Source of the DNA: Octopus vulgaris | Taxonomy: Eukaryota | Direction: 5' to 3' | Assembly (NCBI GenBank): GCA_951406725.2 | Contig: OX597825.1 | Span: forward strand, 80,290,001-80,354,000 | DNA: 64,000 bases | Translations under genes and position numbers: made by a program | In this document: one piece after another, positions 24,694-39,708 of the stretch | How positions within the stretch are numbered: position 1 is the first letter of the stretch | Layout: each line of letters opens with the position of its first letter | The notes under the pieces: model-generated | Seen by the model: only the letters and a program-made list of their open reading frames with translations | The model's database searches: none | Told to the model about the DNA's origin: nothing

Positions 24694-25902
24694 TATCAAA
24701 AGGGTTAATACTTATCACTTTACAGACTACATGGGTGCTTTCTTTTCATGCCACCATCACTAGTGAGGTCACCATGCATCTTGCATGACTATGAACACCA
24801 AGGGGCGAGGGCAAGTTTATGCTATGAGATGAGGGTTTAAAGTATGAGAGAAAGGGCAAGAGCAGGCTACTTGCCGAAGGGGAACAACATGGTAACTCAC
24901 ATTATAAAAAAAGAAGTGAGAATCATCAGATGGAGCTAAAGAGAGATAAAATATTGGTGATAGTATCCAGGTGGCTCCTTCAAGGTGCAAGGTGAATGGA
25001 GACAGGGGAACCAGGAATGGGTGGGTAGGTTGGTGGAGGCTTGGGGGATGGGAGAGAAGGTAAGCAACAGATTCTTCTGCCATGCTTACACCATCAACAT
25101 TATGATGATTAACACTATCATCACCATCATAATCACTACATTAAGGGTCTGTGGGGGTTTTTTGTTTTCTTTTTGTTTCTTTTAAATCATGTTGCCAGAT
25201 TCTGGTTAGAACTGTCAAAGAGCGATTCCTTATCAGTCTCCAGGCTTAATTTTATTGCTTTCAACTAATTCAACTGCAATTAAAGAATTAAAAAATGGCA
25301 CCTCTTACACCCAAAACTAATTCATATTTAATCCATTTATGCTTAATACATTTAGCTACTATATAATACACATCACACCGATTCTGTTATTGAATAACCA
25401 AGGTCAGATAACTCAAATTGACCAATGAAAAAATGGCAGCTGATTAAATACTTAAAAAGGAACCCACAAATGTAGAACACCAGATCAAGAGATTCTTGGT
25501 ACCTTGATTCTACAAATGGTAACCCTTTTTCTATGGCACAGCAGTCAGTAAACTGAAGAATTTTTAAAATATGGTTTCCTTGAAAATGACAAAAATTTTA
25601 TTGTGGATATTTTAGTTTAAAACACTGAACAAAGTTAAATCATTACAAAGTAACTCTGTCACTCTGTTTGTGCAATTTCTAAATTTTTACATCTGTTTTT
25701 CCATGCCAGTATGAAGATGATTGTTTTATAGGAGCATTGTTTTAGAGCCAAATACCCTTTTTGTTGCTAATGCTAAGGTGTTCTTCAAGGAATCTTTCAT
25801 TTCATACGCCTTTAAAGGTGCTAAAGTATGGTAGGATGTGTTGGCAGGAGAAATTTTAATATGGTTGCTTGTAGCTCAGCAATCTTCAGAAATATGCAAA
25901 TG

Positions 25903-25960
<58 letters not shown>

Positions 25961-26198
25961 CACGTGCACACAGCAAGCTTCTTTCCATTTCCACTTCCAA
26001 ACTCTACTTACAAAGCATTGGTTGGTCGAGAGCTGTAGTGGAAGGCAGCTGCTCAAAGTGCCCTGCAGTGACATTGAACCGGAAATCATGTGATTGAGAG
26101 GCAGACTACTTAACCACACAGCCATGCCAGTGCCTAGTGTGTGTGTGTGTGTGTGTGTGTGCCTCTGTGTTTGTGTTCCTGTATATGTGCATGTGTTC

Positions 26199-26238
<40 letters not shown>

Positions 26239-29200
26239 ATGTCTTTGTCCCTCTAATGCTCGCTCGACATGTGTTGGTTTTATTTACATCCCTGTAACTT
26301 AGCAGTTCAGCAAAAAAAGACTGGCAGAATAAGGATCAGACTTGAAAAACAAAACAAACAAAAAAACAAAAAAAAAACAAGGACTAGGATCAGTTTGATC
26401 AATATGGTGCTCCAGTATGGCCGTAGTCCAATGAATGAAAAGAATAAAAGAACAATTAAGCCTGAATGATTCACAACTTAATCAAAACTCATCTTTTTTT
26501 TTTCCCCCAGTCATTTCCTTTTTTTCCATTATTAACAAAGACAAGTGACTCAATTGTCATATTAAGAAACAATTAACAATAAAAAAAAAAACCTGCAATT
26601 CAATGGCACAGGAAATAAATGTCAATGACCCAAAACAGCGGAACAAAAGCTACAGAAAGGTTATTAAATAAAGCACTGACCTTTCAGTCAACATTTTGCC
26701 AAACCCACTATGGTTGATGGTTATGAATTACAGACAGGTGTTCATTCCTTTTGCTAGTAAACCCTTTTGTTACCACATTTCCAGCCAAGTGAAACCATAG
26801 TTCTGTCATGTAACTGGCACCTGTGTTGGTGGCATGTAAAACCCAGCTCTCAAGCACTGGGCCTCATGCAGGCAAAGTGGCTGAGCGCCTTTCGAGTGTG
26901 GGGCCTCACGGAGGCAATGACGGAAACCTCTGGCATTATGTTGTACTTAGGAAGAAGACCCATTACAGCCAAGGGAAATTGTAGTCGTGGCAGGTACCGG
27001 CGTCATGCAAACTGGCACGTAAAAGCACCCATTACACTCTCGGAGTGGTTGGCGCTAGGAGGGGCATCCAGCCGTAGAAACCCTGAAAAATTAGGCTGGA
27101 GTCTGGTGCAGCATTCCAGCTTGCAAGTCCTCGTCAAACCATCCAACCCATGCCAGCATGGACAAAGGACATTAAATGATGATTTCTGTTGCAATATACT
27201 GCCTTTGTTTAAATTAACTTGTAATTTAATTAAAAATTTAGTAAAATACTTCACCAATATGAAGATGGTGCTAGGAACAAATTAACAACATTTTTATGGA
27301 ATTTGTGTTATTCCTTTAACGTTCACATTACTCTGTCAAATATGATGCTTATTTATTCACATTGTTACGACTTAATCTGGCATTATCTGACAGCTTTGAG
27401 ATTTTAATGACGTAACTGTTAATCTTTAGAATGATATTGTAGGGTAGGTGTGAGATGCTGGATCTGGCCAGTTTTGAACATATAACAGATAGAATGTTTT
27501 GGTCAGATGTTGCCAGTTAAGGGTTGAAACACAGAACCCTGTATTATTCACTTTGAGAGGACTTCTCATATGGACTTGTGGTGCATAAAACCACTCGTGT
27601 ATCCATTACTGATGGGCAAGAACTGGCCACTATGGCCACGAGAACTGCCAGATCACATATTTTCACCCTTTCTTGGGTTTATCAATGACAGACGTCCAGC
27701 TAGGTTCTCTCGTGGTAAATAATGCTGTATTCTCTGTTCTAACACAATATCCAGTTTTAAGTGGGGATAAAGATTATCTTTTGGTATTAATACTACTTCT
27801 GTGACTCTTAATTATTTTTTAATAAGTACTCAGGATAATTGCAACCCTAGTTCCTGAATAGACACTGCAATTCTATATATATGAGGTGGGTGTGCTGAAA
27901 AGCTCCTGGCTTTAAGGGTATCATGAAAGGTCTGGACAGACAGTATCAGCCATAGGAAAAAATACAATGAAAAGACAGTCTGATCAAAAGATCAGCAGCT
28001 CTCTCCACCACCACCACCTCCACCTATTTTAAAAAGGTAGACAGGCATTTTAATATTCCTCATATCATCCTTCAAAAAATGTCTCATTTTACCTCAGCCT
28101 TTCTTGCCCAAGACTTCGAACCTACCAAACTTAAGTCTTTCCTATGGTTTCACTTCCAATTAATTAATCGGTCTCAATTAACACTGAAAATCAACCATGG
28201 GTATCATCACTCATTTATCTCTACTCCCAAGTTTGGAAAGTTCCCAAAATTCTACGACAAGCACTGCACATCCCTATCACCCCCCCTTCTTCTTCCCTTC
28301 TTTACAAAAAAAAAAAAAAAACAGACGAAAAAACACTTAACTCTTTAATCCTAAGAGTATTTCTTTGAGTATTTATAATCTTCTAGCGCCATAATGGATT
28401 TCACTTTAAATTGCTTAAGAAAACATTAGTAGGAAATTTTCTCCCAAAACTTCTACATTATATTATTTCATGCGACCACCTGCATTGATTAGGTCACCAA
28501 GGTAACTAATCTCTTCTATAAAATTTTGTAAGCCACTAATGGAGCTAATTGCTTGTGTGTATGGTGTGTGTGTATGTGTTTGTTTGTGTTTGTGTGTGTG
28601 TGTGTGTGTGTATGTGTTTTCGTTTCAATTTTTATATTAACGAGTGTCTCTGGGTGGAAGGATTTCGTTCCCAAATCCATGTGATTCTGCACATGCCTAA
28701 TTATGCGTATTTAAATGTTTTCTACAATAAAGAAACACTTCATTTAAATGGCTCCAAAGAAGCTATAAGATGTTGCATGAATATTCAACTCTAGATGCAC
28801 ATTTACTTACAGCAGAAACAGCCATAAGCTAATGGATGCAATTACATAACCCCTTTTCTTTTGTCCTTCATTAACACATACACACACACACGCAACACCA
28901 TAGCTGTCATTCACCAAGGACAATAAGCCTGATAGCAAATTGTGAGCATAGTCAACCTATCAACCCTCTGTCCATCTAACCCAGGGGAACATGAAGGGTG
29001 TGACAGCTGAGGCAGAGGCAGCACCAGTAGTTGGTTTGTACCCATTTTTAGTTGAGTAGACTGGAGCAACGTGAAATGATGTGTCTTGCCCAGTCCAAGT
29101 ATTGAACCCACAACCTCTTGATCATGAACCCAACACACTAATCGCTAGACAAAAGACACACACACACACACACACATATATATGACAGGCTTCTTTCAGT

Positions 29201-31036
29201 TTCTGTCAACCAAATCCACTCACAGGGCTTTGGTTGGCCTGAGGTTATAATAGAAGATACTTGCCCAAGGTGCCAATCAGTAGGACTGAATCAGAAGCCA
29301 CGTACTTGGTAAGCAAGCTACTTACCACACAGCCACTCCTGTAAATATATATATATATATATATATATTGTGTGTGTGTATGATAGCTAGATAGATAGAC
29401 ATTATTTAAAACACTGAAATTATCAACATTCTTGTATTGATGGTGCTAGGAATGTTCTTTTCTCATCTTCACTAATCTTTTGGCATTAAGCATTGCAGTT
29501 TTCCATTCCAATATATCATTTGTTCTACAATGACTAAGGTACACCAATGTTTTTAAGTCCCAATTTAGTTATTTTTATTCCTACTTTCCAAAGTTGGTAC
29601 TTACATTTTCCAACTTTATCGTGCATTCTTAAGTTCTTGCTGAAATTCAGATTTGAATTCTACATATCAGAATTAAATGGTTTAAGAAGAACCAATGAGG
29701 GAGCTGGTATTTAGTTGCTTGACCTAGTAAAAATATCAGTCAAATCTCCCTCAAATCATGTCCAAACATCTTAAAAGGAAGACATACTGTTAATGTGATC
29801 ATAGATACACTATGCCTGGAAAAACAGAACAGTATAATGACAACTGGAAGAGCTTTGATCATTGGTTAAAGGGCTTAATCAGGACTGCCCTGGGTTAAAC
29901 AATAACAAGAAATAAAATGTGAATTGAACCCACATTTTCCAACTGTTTCTGTGGTTCTCAAATCAGAGATTCATTTAGGGGTTATATGAACCCTTTCACC
30001 TACACTTAATTAGCTCATTAGTCTGTTAGTAAAGGGTCATCACCAAGATACGCTTGACCTATTTACTTGGAATTTAGAATACTTTTAACAGTTAACCAGC
30101 AGACCTTCATATTAGCCAAATTCCATTCTGTATAGAGCAACATAAATCAAATTTCCTTTCGTTTTTTATTTCTTCTGCAATATTTCATTCCTCAAAGACT
30201 TTAGGTGCAAAAATGCAAAAACCAAAACTGAAAATTCATTTAAATTGATGGTGGCAGCCTCCTCCAATCCAAAGTTCTTCATTTATATATTTAACAAGAG
30301 AAGAATCTGTAAAGACATTCTTGAGGAACTACGAAGATGGACATGAAGAACAAGCATATTACAAATAGAAATACCTTTTTTTTTTTAAGTTACATTTAAA
30401 AATATAGGAAAAATATAAAATATACTAGAGTAAAGATTATTTGCCAACATAATGCGGCAGTCCTGGTCAGGACGAATGCTACTGCTATTTAGCCCCAGGA
30501 AACATAGTCTCCGGCTGGCTATAATGACACACTATCTGGCATATAGCCAGCTGGAGACGATGTATCTCTAATTAAAAGCAACTCCTAAAGTGATTGATTA
30601 TAAATTATGGGAAATAACAAAGTGGTGAAAAACACTCTTTGGATGCTGGGCCTCAATGAGGAAATGTCAAAGGACCGGGAGATGTGGTGATTTGTTGTAC
30701 TTGATAAGACATGTGAAACTAAATAAAACCATTGTCTTCCACATATACAGGCTTATCCTTTCAGATGCTGGTGCCACTTAAGAAGCGCCTGTGCCAGTGC
30801 TGGTGGCACATAAAAAGCACCCAGCACACGCTTGAGTGGTTGGTGTTAGAAAGGGCATTCAACCATAGAAACCATGCAATAACAGTCAAGGGAAGTCTTG
30901 AACAGCTATACTGACTCCAACTCACAATATCGTTATTCTTTAATATAAACCAGTTATAACATAAAAGGCCTGCTCAATGTACAAGAGTATGCATATGCTT
31001 TATATGATATGTAGACCACTATCAATTACATAAAGA

Positions 31037-31205
31037 GGAGTCAGAGTCAGAGTCAGAGTCAGAGTCGGAGTCAGAGTAAGAGTCGGAATCGGAGTCAGAG
31101 TAAAAGTCGGAATCGGAGTCAGAGTTAGAGTCGGAGTTAGAGTCGGAGTCGGAGTTAGAGTCAGAGTCGGAGTCGGAGGTGCCAATAGAACAGGAGCTGG
31201 AGTCA
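31037..31205. repeat. (GAGTCR)n hexamer tandem repeat
   Basis: gagtca/gagtcg/gagtta units, which produce the spurious SD- and TL/TP-repeat ORFs. Confidence 0.9.
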
Positions 31206-32744
31206 AAGGTTTTTGTTTCAGGTCCACAGTCCTGATGGAAAGCGGATGCTAAACGGTGATAATGATGATGTTGATGATCATATTGCTTCAATTCATTCAG
31301 CTGGCAAAAATGAGCCATACCAGTAATTCAAAAGGGCCAGCCTTGTCACATTCTGTGTCATGCTGAATCTCCTTGACAAGTGCATCAAGGGTATGTGTGT
31401 CTGTGGAGTACTCGGCCACTTGCATGTTAATTTCACAAGCAGGCTATTCTGTTGATCAATCAGATCAACTTGAACCTTCATCGTCATAACCAACAAAGGG
31501 CCAGGCTATTGCCCAATGTACCATGCAGTAGGAGTGAACCCCAAGCCATGGGATTGAACAATGAGATTCTTAATCACACAGCCATACCTACACAGAGGCA
31601 CATACACACACAGTTCTTTGTCATAAGTCTGAAGTCAATTATGCTAATATCAAAGAAATAGGATAAAAGGAGAGAAAAACAAACTTCGAGCTTTCCCCCA
31701 CAAAATACCTGAAGCATATAAACAACAATAGCCATTAATCTAGAACCATCAAAGACTTTGATCAGCCACCGTCTGTTACTATAAAATCTCTTATGTGGCC
31801 ATCTTGCAAACCAACTGGGTTTAAACTTGTCTGTTTTTGTTTCTGAAGAAATGAAACCCTTCAATGTTATCAGGTCTTGAAAAGATTTGGTGAAATAGAA
31901 AGAGAAGATTTTAAAAAAAGGAAAAAAAAAGGGAACCTGGTGGATATTCTTTCATTCATTTATATTTGTTTCAGTCATTTTGACTGTGGCTATGCTGGAG
32001 CACTGCCTTTAGTCGAGCAAATCAACCCCAGGACTTATTCTTTGTAAGCCTAGTACTTATTCTATCGGTCTCTTTTGCCGAACCACTAAGTTACAGGGAC
32101 GTAAACACACCAACATCGGCTGTCAAGTGATGGTGGAGGGGACAAACACAAGCACACAAACATATCATCATCATCATCATCATCATATATACAATGAGCT
32201 TCTTTCAATTTCCGTCTACCAAATCCACTCACAAGGCTGAGTGAGTGCATACAGGGTTGAACAGAAGTCACCTGACAGTAAATCAAAATTCCATAAATAC
32301 TATTTGTAATTCTGTATTGACTCGAATGGGAAAATGTGTCACTCAAGAAGGACTTCAGTTTGAACAATTTTCATGGTGTTGCATATTTAGACGCTTTTAT
32401 TAAATTCATTCAGTTGGTAAACATACATAAATCTTGGAAATAAATGGTTTTAATTTACTGTCAGCTGACTTTTCGCCAACTCTGTGTATCATCATCATCG
32501 TTTAACGTCTGTTTTCCATGCTGGCATGGGTTGGACGGTTTGACTGAAGTCTGCTCCAATCTGATCTGGCAAAGTTTCTACAGCTGGATACCCTTCCTAA
32601 CGCCAACCACTCAGAGAGTGTAGAGGGTGCTTTTTACATACCACCAGCACAGGAGCCAGTCAGGTAGGCCTGGCATCGATCACGTTCAGATAGTGCTTTT
32701 TATGTATGTATATATATATGTATATGTGTGTGTCTGTATGTATA

Positions 32745-32794
<50 letters not shown>

Positions 32795-33459
32795 CATACA
32801 TATATTTGATGCTGCTACCTTTGCACAAGCCATAAAGAACACAGACACACACACACACACATTAGGTGCAGGTGTGGTTGTGGTGAGAAGTTTATTTCCC
32901 AACTATGTGGTTCTGGGTTCAGTCCCACTGCATGACACCTTGGACAAGTGTCCTCTACTATTGCCCTGGGCCAACAAAAGCTTTTTGAGTGGGTTTGATA
33001 GACAGAAATTGAAATGAGCCTGTCCTATGTGTGTTCGCATGTGCGCACGCAAGAGAGTGAGTTTGGCCCTCATCACTGCCTGACAACTGGTGTTGTCATC
33101 AGGCTTTAAAAAATAAGTGCTGTGGTTGATCTATTCAACTTAAACCCTTCGAGGCAATGCTCCAGTATGGCCACAGTCAAATGACTGAAACATGTAAAAG
33201 ATGAAAGATAAAAGATACACACACACAAATATCGGTGCTACCACAGTATGACGCCTACCAACTGTTGGTAGAATGAAATATGGTAAAGATCATTAAACAG
33301 TTATTCTACAAAATGAAAGGAACATGATAAACAATTTGTTGTGTAAAATCTATAAAAAATATTTAAAACCTTATTTTACAAGATAAAAAAAAAGTCATCA
33401 AAAATTGATTTTAATGTTTGTAAACGGATTTGATATCATTTAAAAAAGCAGTGAACAGG

Positions 33460-33918
33460 TCATCGTTTTTCCGGCTTGCAGGACGGCCAGCTGTGCTAAC
33501 CTTGGATCATAGAGTGACCTACTCTTCTTGAGGAGACCTATTGAGTCAAGTACGTCAACACCAACATCAAAATAAAAATCAAATGGAAATTTTAGTTAAG
33601 ATACCCATGCCGGTGGCACATAAAAAGCACCGTCCGAATGTGGCAGATGCCAGTGCCGTTTGACTGGCATCTGTGTCAGTGACACGTAAAAGCACCAACC
33701 GATTGCGGTCGTTTGCCAGCCTCCTCTGGCCCCTGTGCTGGTGACACGTAAAAAGCACCCACTACACTCACGGAGTGGTTGGTGTTAGGAAGGGCATCCA
33801 GCTGTAGAAACACTGCCAAACCAGATTGAGCCTGGTGCAGCCTCCTGGCTTCCTAGACCCCGGTCGAACCGTACAACCCATGCTAGCATGGAAAACGGAC
33901 GTTAAATGATGATGATGA
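33460..33918 (+). mobile_element. SINE family C, long copy
   Basis: cttgaggagacctattgagtcaagtac... through three gcacgtaaaagcac modules to the (GAT)n tail; sister copy at 53915-54299. Confidence 0.8.
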
Positions 33919-34466
33919 TTATTATTATTTTGTAAAACTCTCTGACCAGAATGGTACTAGTGTGAATAACTAAATGAACAGGAATTAATAGCTGTGGATT
34001 GTTTGGTAGAGTGCATCGTCATTTACAGTAGGTTGCAAATAGCAAAGCAGATATCATACGATAATAGCAGGCAAATATCTCCAAATATAAAAAATAAAAG
34101 ATTCTGTTAGATAGAAGAATTAATACTATAAAACAAACAAGATATTGGTTCAGAAAGAAAAGAAGAAATACACGAATCCTAATAATGCTGTTACAAAACG
34201 GCCTCAAAACTCAGATTCCCTGCAAGACGGAATCTCTTTTACAAAAACCCATAATTTATCCGTTTTTTGATGGATAAATAAATATCCATCTAGGAAAAGA
34301 AAAACAAACTGTGTTGCTGTTAGAATCTTTTGAAGAATGGTACTGACTAAGGAATAATTAATTACAAAAACTCACACGAGATGCAGACTGAACTGACATC
34401 TTTAGACATTGGACAAGAGAATGTGTGATGGATGTTGATGTCGGAGAAATGGCATGTAACTATGGC

Positions 34467-34509
<43 letters not shown>

Positions 34510-34532
34510 GTTGTGTTTATTTTTCCCTTGTT

Positions 34533-34564
<32 letters not shown>

Positions 34565-34944
34565 TATATTTATACATACATGCACACACATATATATGTG
34601 GGTGAAGGAGATCCTGGCTAATTAGGCATAATTTGATATATTCAAAGGAAACCAAGTTTGAAAGTATAAATTACATGCCATATGTAAATATATGTAGAAG
34701 TGAGACAGTTGCCAACGAACATGTTGTGAGTTCAAGCCTGCTGCAGATGTTCCAATATGCTTCTGTACAGAATATTACGGTTTAGGGTGAGGTGAAGTGA
34801 TGTACGTCAAGAATGGGAAGGAAGGATTCCTTGAAAGAGATCATTCACTCCTTCATTGGAATACTAGGCTCTAGAGGTGGTGGTGGCGAGGATGGGGTGT
34901 CAATATCTAATGCTATTTTCATTTTTCTGACAATAATAGGATTA

Positions 34945-35335
34945 TGATGGGGGAGGGGGAAGAGGTGAAAGATGAAACAATGACTAGTATTCTAATTTTT
35001 CTGACAATTCATTATGAAGAAGAGGAAAGTGAAGGGGAGGGAAGAGGGGGAGGGGAAGATGCAGGTGGGGAAGTTGAGGAACAGGAGAGAGAGGTGAGAA
35101 GTAACAGTGAGGGGAAGGGGAAGAAAAGAGGTAAAGAGGAGAACAGAGGGAAGGGAGAAGTGGAAGGAGGAATGGGAGAAATGGAGGAGGAAGGGGAAAG
35201 AAAAGAAGAGGAGGATGAAAGAATAGGATGAAAAAGAGGAGGAGGAAGGGGAGGAAAATGGGATGGGGAGGGTGGCGATGCGGGGGGAGAGAGGAGTGGG
35301 AAAGAGAAAAGGGGGAGAGGGACAGAGGGGAAGAG
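34945..35335. repeat. Polypurine (GA-rich) low-complexity tract
   Basis: Strongly G/A-biased on the + strand; explains the E/G-rich and S/P-rich ORFs. Confidence 0.8.
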
Positions 35336-36334
35336 TGCCTTGTTATTTCCATTTCTGTTAACCAAATCCATTCCGAAGGAACTGGCCAAGCTGTGGCTGT
35401 ACAAGAAGACACTTGTCCAAAATGCAATACACCAAGACGGAACCCAAACCCACACAGTTTCCAAGTGAACTTCTGAACCACACAACCGGACAGAGAATTT
35501 AAAAGTGAAGAGGATATTGGTTTCCATTTTTGGCACAATGGCCAACAATTTTTTTTTGGGGGGGGCAGTCTAGTCAATGACATCAACCCCAGTGTCCAAC
35601 CGGTACTTTATTTCCAGCCTCAAAAGGATGAAAGACAAAGTCAACCTCTGTGGAATTTTAGTTCAGAACATGAAGACATGGAATGTCGCTGAGCGTTTTG
35701 TCTGGTGTAGCAAAGTTTCTGCCAGCTCAGAATATTAGGGGTCCTAAGATCCAGTATGACATATGGAGAGAGATCTGAACAAGTTTAATAAAAAGGATTT
35801 AGCACAATCAATCTTGTTCACTTTAACCCTTTCGTTACCTTATTTCTTTTGAGATGCTATGGTTTCTTTCAATTACTATAAATATAACAAAGAATTTAGT
35901 AAAATAACTTGCAATGATGACGGTAGAGATGATGAGGGTTTCTCAACTTGGCAACAGGTCACAAATATTAAGAGAAAGGGTTTTGTTGAAACAATTGCAG
36001 GGGTGGGTACCGAACTCCTAAACTAGAAAATCCATGTGAGGGAAAGTTGACTCTGGTCCCTTCCGCCCCCCCCCCACACACACACACCAAGAACATTTTT
36101 GGAGCATTTCAACTTGAATTCAAACTGGATGAACAACAATACAAAGGTATAACATTTTAGAGACATCAAATATTAGCCTTTATATGTGTGTGTGTGTGTG
36201 TATGTATATACCTTGGTTAACACAATGAAGCAAGCTGGGGGTGAGGAGGTTCAATGGTAAGAATAGAATGAACAAATGTCAAAAGCTTATATAGCTGTCC
36301 CTAACTAGAACAGAATTAGGTCAAGGATGATAAA

Positions 36335-36353
36335 ACACACACGTACACACACA

Positions 36354-36387
<34 letters not shown>

Positions 36388-36791
36388 TGTGTGCGTACGT
36401 GTGTGTGTGTGTGTGTACGTGTGTGCGTACGTGTGTGTGTGTGTAGGATGTAGCTCTTAGTGCAATCTTTAAGGAGTTGGAACTCTCTCTCTCACACGCA
36501 CATACATAGACATACACACACACATACATGCATACATACATACACGCATACATACACACGCACATACACACACACACATACATACATGCATGCATACATA
36601 CACACGCACATACATACACACGCACATACTCACACACACACACATACATACATGCATGCATACATACACACGCACATACATACACACGCACATACTCACA
36701 TACACACACACATACATACATACATGCATACATACACACGCACATACGTACACACACATACATGCATGCATACATACATGCATACACACGC

Positions 36792-36822
<31 letters not shown>

Positions 36823-36840
36823 CATGCATGCATGCAAACA
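36335..36840. repeat. (GT)n and (CA/CATA)n microsatellite-derived minisatellite
   Basis: Tandem cacacgcacatacata/catgcatgcata units. Confidence 0.9.
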
Positions 36841-37330
36841 AACACCCATCCATCCGTCCGTCCACCCCAGCCAGAAAAAAAACAACTGATGGTGAAATAA
36901 TGAAAAGAGGCTGTCAAAAATGTCTGGGCTGAAATCCCAAACATTGTGTAAATGCTAATAAAAATCAAGCCACGATGTGTGTACGTACCCCACCCCCGCT
37001 CCCCGCCTACCCACCCACCATAGTCACAGTGCAATAACCTCCAGATAATGGGTCACGGGTGGGAGGGGGAATGGGTTCATAATTTTTTTTTCTTTTACTA
37101 TCCAGTTAGATAATTGGACACACTCTGATAATTTTATTAATTTTTTTTTTGTTTGTTTCAGTCATTTGACTGCGGCCATGCTGGAGCACCGCCTTTAGTC
37201 AAACGAATCGACCTCAGGACTTATTCTTTGTAAGCCTAGTACTTATTTTATCGTTATCTTCTGTCTAACTGCTAAGTTAAAAGGGACAAACAGACACACA
37301 AAGTCACACAAAGACACACACACATATATA

Positions 37331-37711
37331 TAGGTTATGAGAGGTAATGGTGTCACTGAGACCCAAAGGTGTCAGGTAGTGCTGAATAAGTGCTATAGAT
37401 AGACAATAGTTAAGTTCCAGGTTCGGTAACTATGCGAATAAAGGGGTTCAACGTTGGTCATATATCAGCGTGTGTATATAAAATTTTTTTTCGTAATGAA
37501 ATAAAAAATCAAGGCTGTGTAGATTTTAGAACATTATAGATAGAAGGTCTTACAGCTGTTTCCAGGATGTTTATTAATTATATCCCTTCATCGGAGACGA
37601 AGGGATATAATTAATAAACATCCTGGAAACAGTTGTAAGACCTTCTATCTATAAATGTTCTAAAATCTACACAGCCTTGGTTTTTTATCTCATTACAAAA
37701 CAAATTTTATA
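37331..37711. mobile_element. Penelope-like fold-back insertion inside the microsatellite of a family A SINE
   Basis: Inverted arms at about 37477-37589 and 37599-37711 with a 9-nt loop. The host SINE (37150-37330 plus 37712-37875) resumes on both sides at its (TA)n tract. Confidence 0.7.
37547..37598 (-). ncRNA. Minimal type-I hammerhead ribozyme motif (U4C core variant, palindromic stem III)
   Basis: Minus strand: GTCT - CCGATGA - aGGGAT(ataattaataaac)ATCCTg - GAA - ACAGCTGT - A (GUA site) - AGAC; the base of stem II is an A-G mismatch. Confidence 0.65.
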
Positions 37712-39708
37712 AATATATATGACGGGCTTCTTTTAGTTTCTGGTTACCAAATCCACTCACAAGGCTTTGGTCGGCCCAAAGCTAAAAGTAGAAGACACTT
37801 GCCCAAGGTGTTACGCAGTGGGACTGAACTCGGAACCATGTGGTTGGTAAGGAAGCTACTTACCACACAGCCACTTGAAGAAAAGAAAAAGATATGAATG
37901 CTAACAACTTTCAACTTGTATAGCATTTGTAACTTCAGAATATCACTAAAAAGCTATAATTAATGAATATAAAAAATATTTAGACTAAGGTGAATCCCTT
38001 CAGCCACAAAACACATTCCAAGAATAATCCACGCTTTCAATGAAGACGATCTGGACCCAAGAGGGGAGTTTTATGAGCAATATTCAGCGCTGGATTAACC
38101 ATTAAGCAAAATAAGCAGATGCTTAGGGCATGGAGGGAAGGCGGGGGACACCACAGAAATGGTAAATGGGGATCTTTTCCTTTTGAACAGCACATGTCAA
38201 CACAATTTCTAGTTAACTAAACACTTTTAAACTTCGTATACTGGTAGAATGTGTTTATAAAACATCATTTTTTTCTTGGCTTTATTGAGAAAATTCTGTA
38301 GTTTGTAAGATATTTCCACTTTAAAATCGAGCATTTCGGCAATTTTAACCAATCGCTCACCTCCATTTAGGGTGAAAACATTCCGTGCTGTATGAATATG
38401 TCCCTCAGAAACAGATTGAGTTTATTTACATTTGCGAAGAAAGAAAGATACCCTTCCCTGGCACCTGTGTCGGTGGCATGTAAAAGCACCCACTACACTC
38501 ACGGAGTGGTTGGCGTTAGGAAGGGCATCCAGCCGTAGAAACACTGCCAGATCAGATTGAGCCTGGTGCAGCCTCCTGGCTTCCCAAACCCCGGTCGAAC
38601 CGTCCAACCCGTGCTAGCGCGGAAAACGGACGTTAAACGATGATGATGATGATCACACACACACACACACCTTCATACAAATACTCCCTCTACTCTCCAG
38701 GTTAAATTGAGTTTATATGTTAAATTTCTTATTTACATCACTATAGTTTAATAACAATGCTTAATTCTGGACCCCAATAATATCCTGAATAATTTTCTTG
38801 TGAAAGGTTTCGACTACAAGTGTGTATAAAAGGGAGAGAGGGGGAAAGAGCAAGAGAGAGGGGGAAAGAGCAAAAGAGAGGGAGAGGAAGAGCAAGAGAG
38901 AGGGAGAGGAAGAAGATAAAAGGTGGGGGGGGATAGTTCCAGTTACAACTTTCAATGGTTGTTATCATAGAATTAGTTCGACATCAGTGGTTTTAGATTT
39001 ATTTCATGTTCCCTTATTTAATATTTATACTTCCTAACAATGCCAGAAGAAAGAAATAATATAAATATGTATTATGTACACTTCAATAACATACATAAAC
39101 AGTGACAAGAGACACAGCAAACACACACACACATATATACACACACACAAATAGCAAATATATGGAGATACACACGCACATAGCAAATACATATATATAT
39201 ATACACTTCAATAATATGTGCAGACTTCAATGGGCGGAACGAATGGTAGAGGATAGATGTGGCCTCTCTTTCTCTGTGTTTACATATGTAAAACATCAGA
39301 GGAAAAAAGGACATAAATGTACAAGTAGCCAAATGTCTTAAGTGTCGTCTTAGATATCTTTCCACCAGACACCTCCATCGCCCTTCACCAATAAAAAACA
39401 AATGAAAATAGTGAAAAAAATAAAGCATGTACAAAAATAGTCGGGTTTTTTAAATACTTATCAAGTTTTAGATTTTCAGAGAAGGTTGGAAGAATGAGGA
39501 GACCAGTGTGACTTACTCATGAGGTATAAATTGATGTCGAAGAGAAAAGTAGAGGTGAACATGTGAATATAGATGTCTCCATATATAAAAGTTTAAAAAC
39601 TTGTCATAGACAAACAGCAATGAGATTTTCTTTTAGTTTGCCTTAAAAATCGTTACAAAATACTCATGAAATAGGCAATGTTGATGTTATGAGCACTTTC
39701 TTTTTTAA

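Noticed and set aside
31022-31318. SD-repeat ORF resembling adhesins or phosphophoryn
   Set aside because: Product of a (GAGTCR)n DNA repeat flanked by SINE sequence, with no splice or gene context
34944-35586. E/G-rich and S/P-rich ORFs up to 200 aa
   Set aside because: Polypurine low-complexity tract fused to SINE sequence
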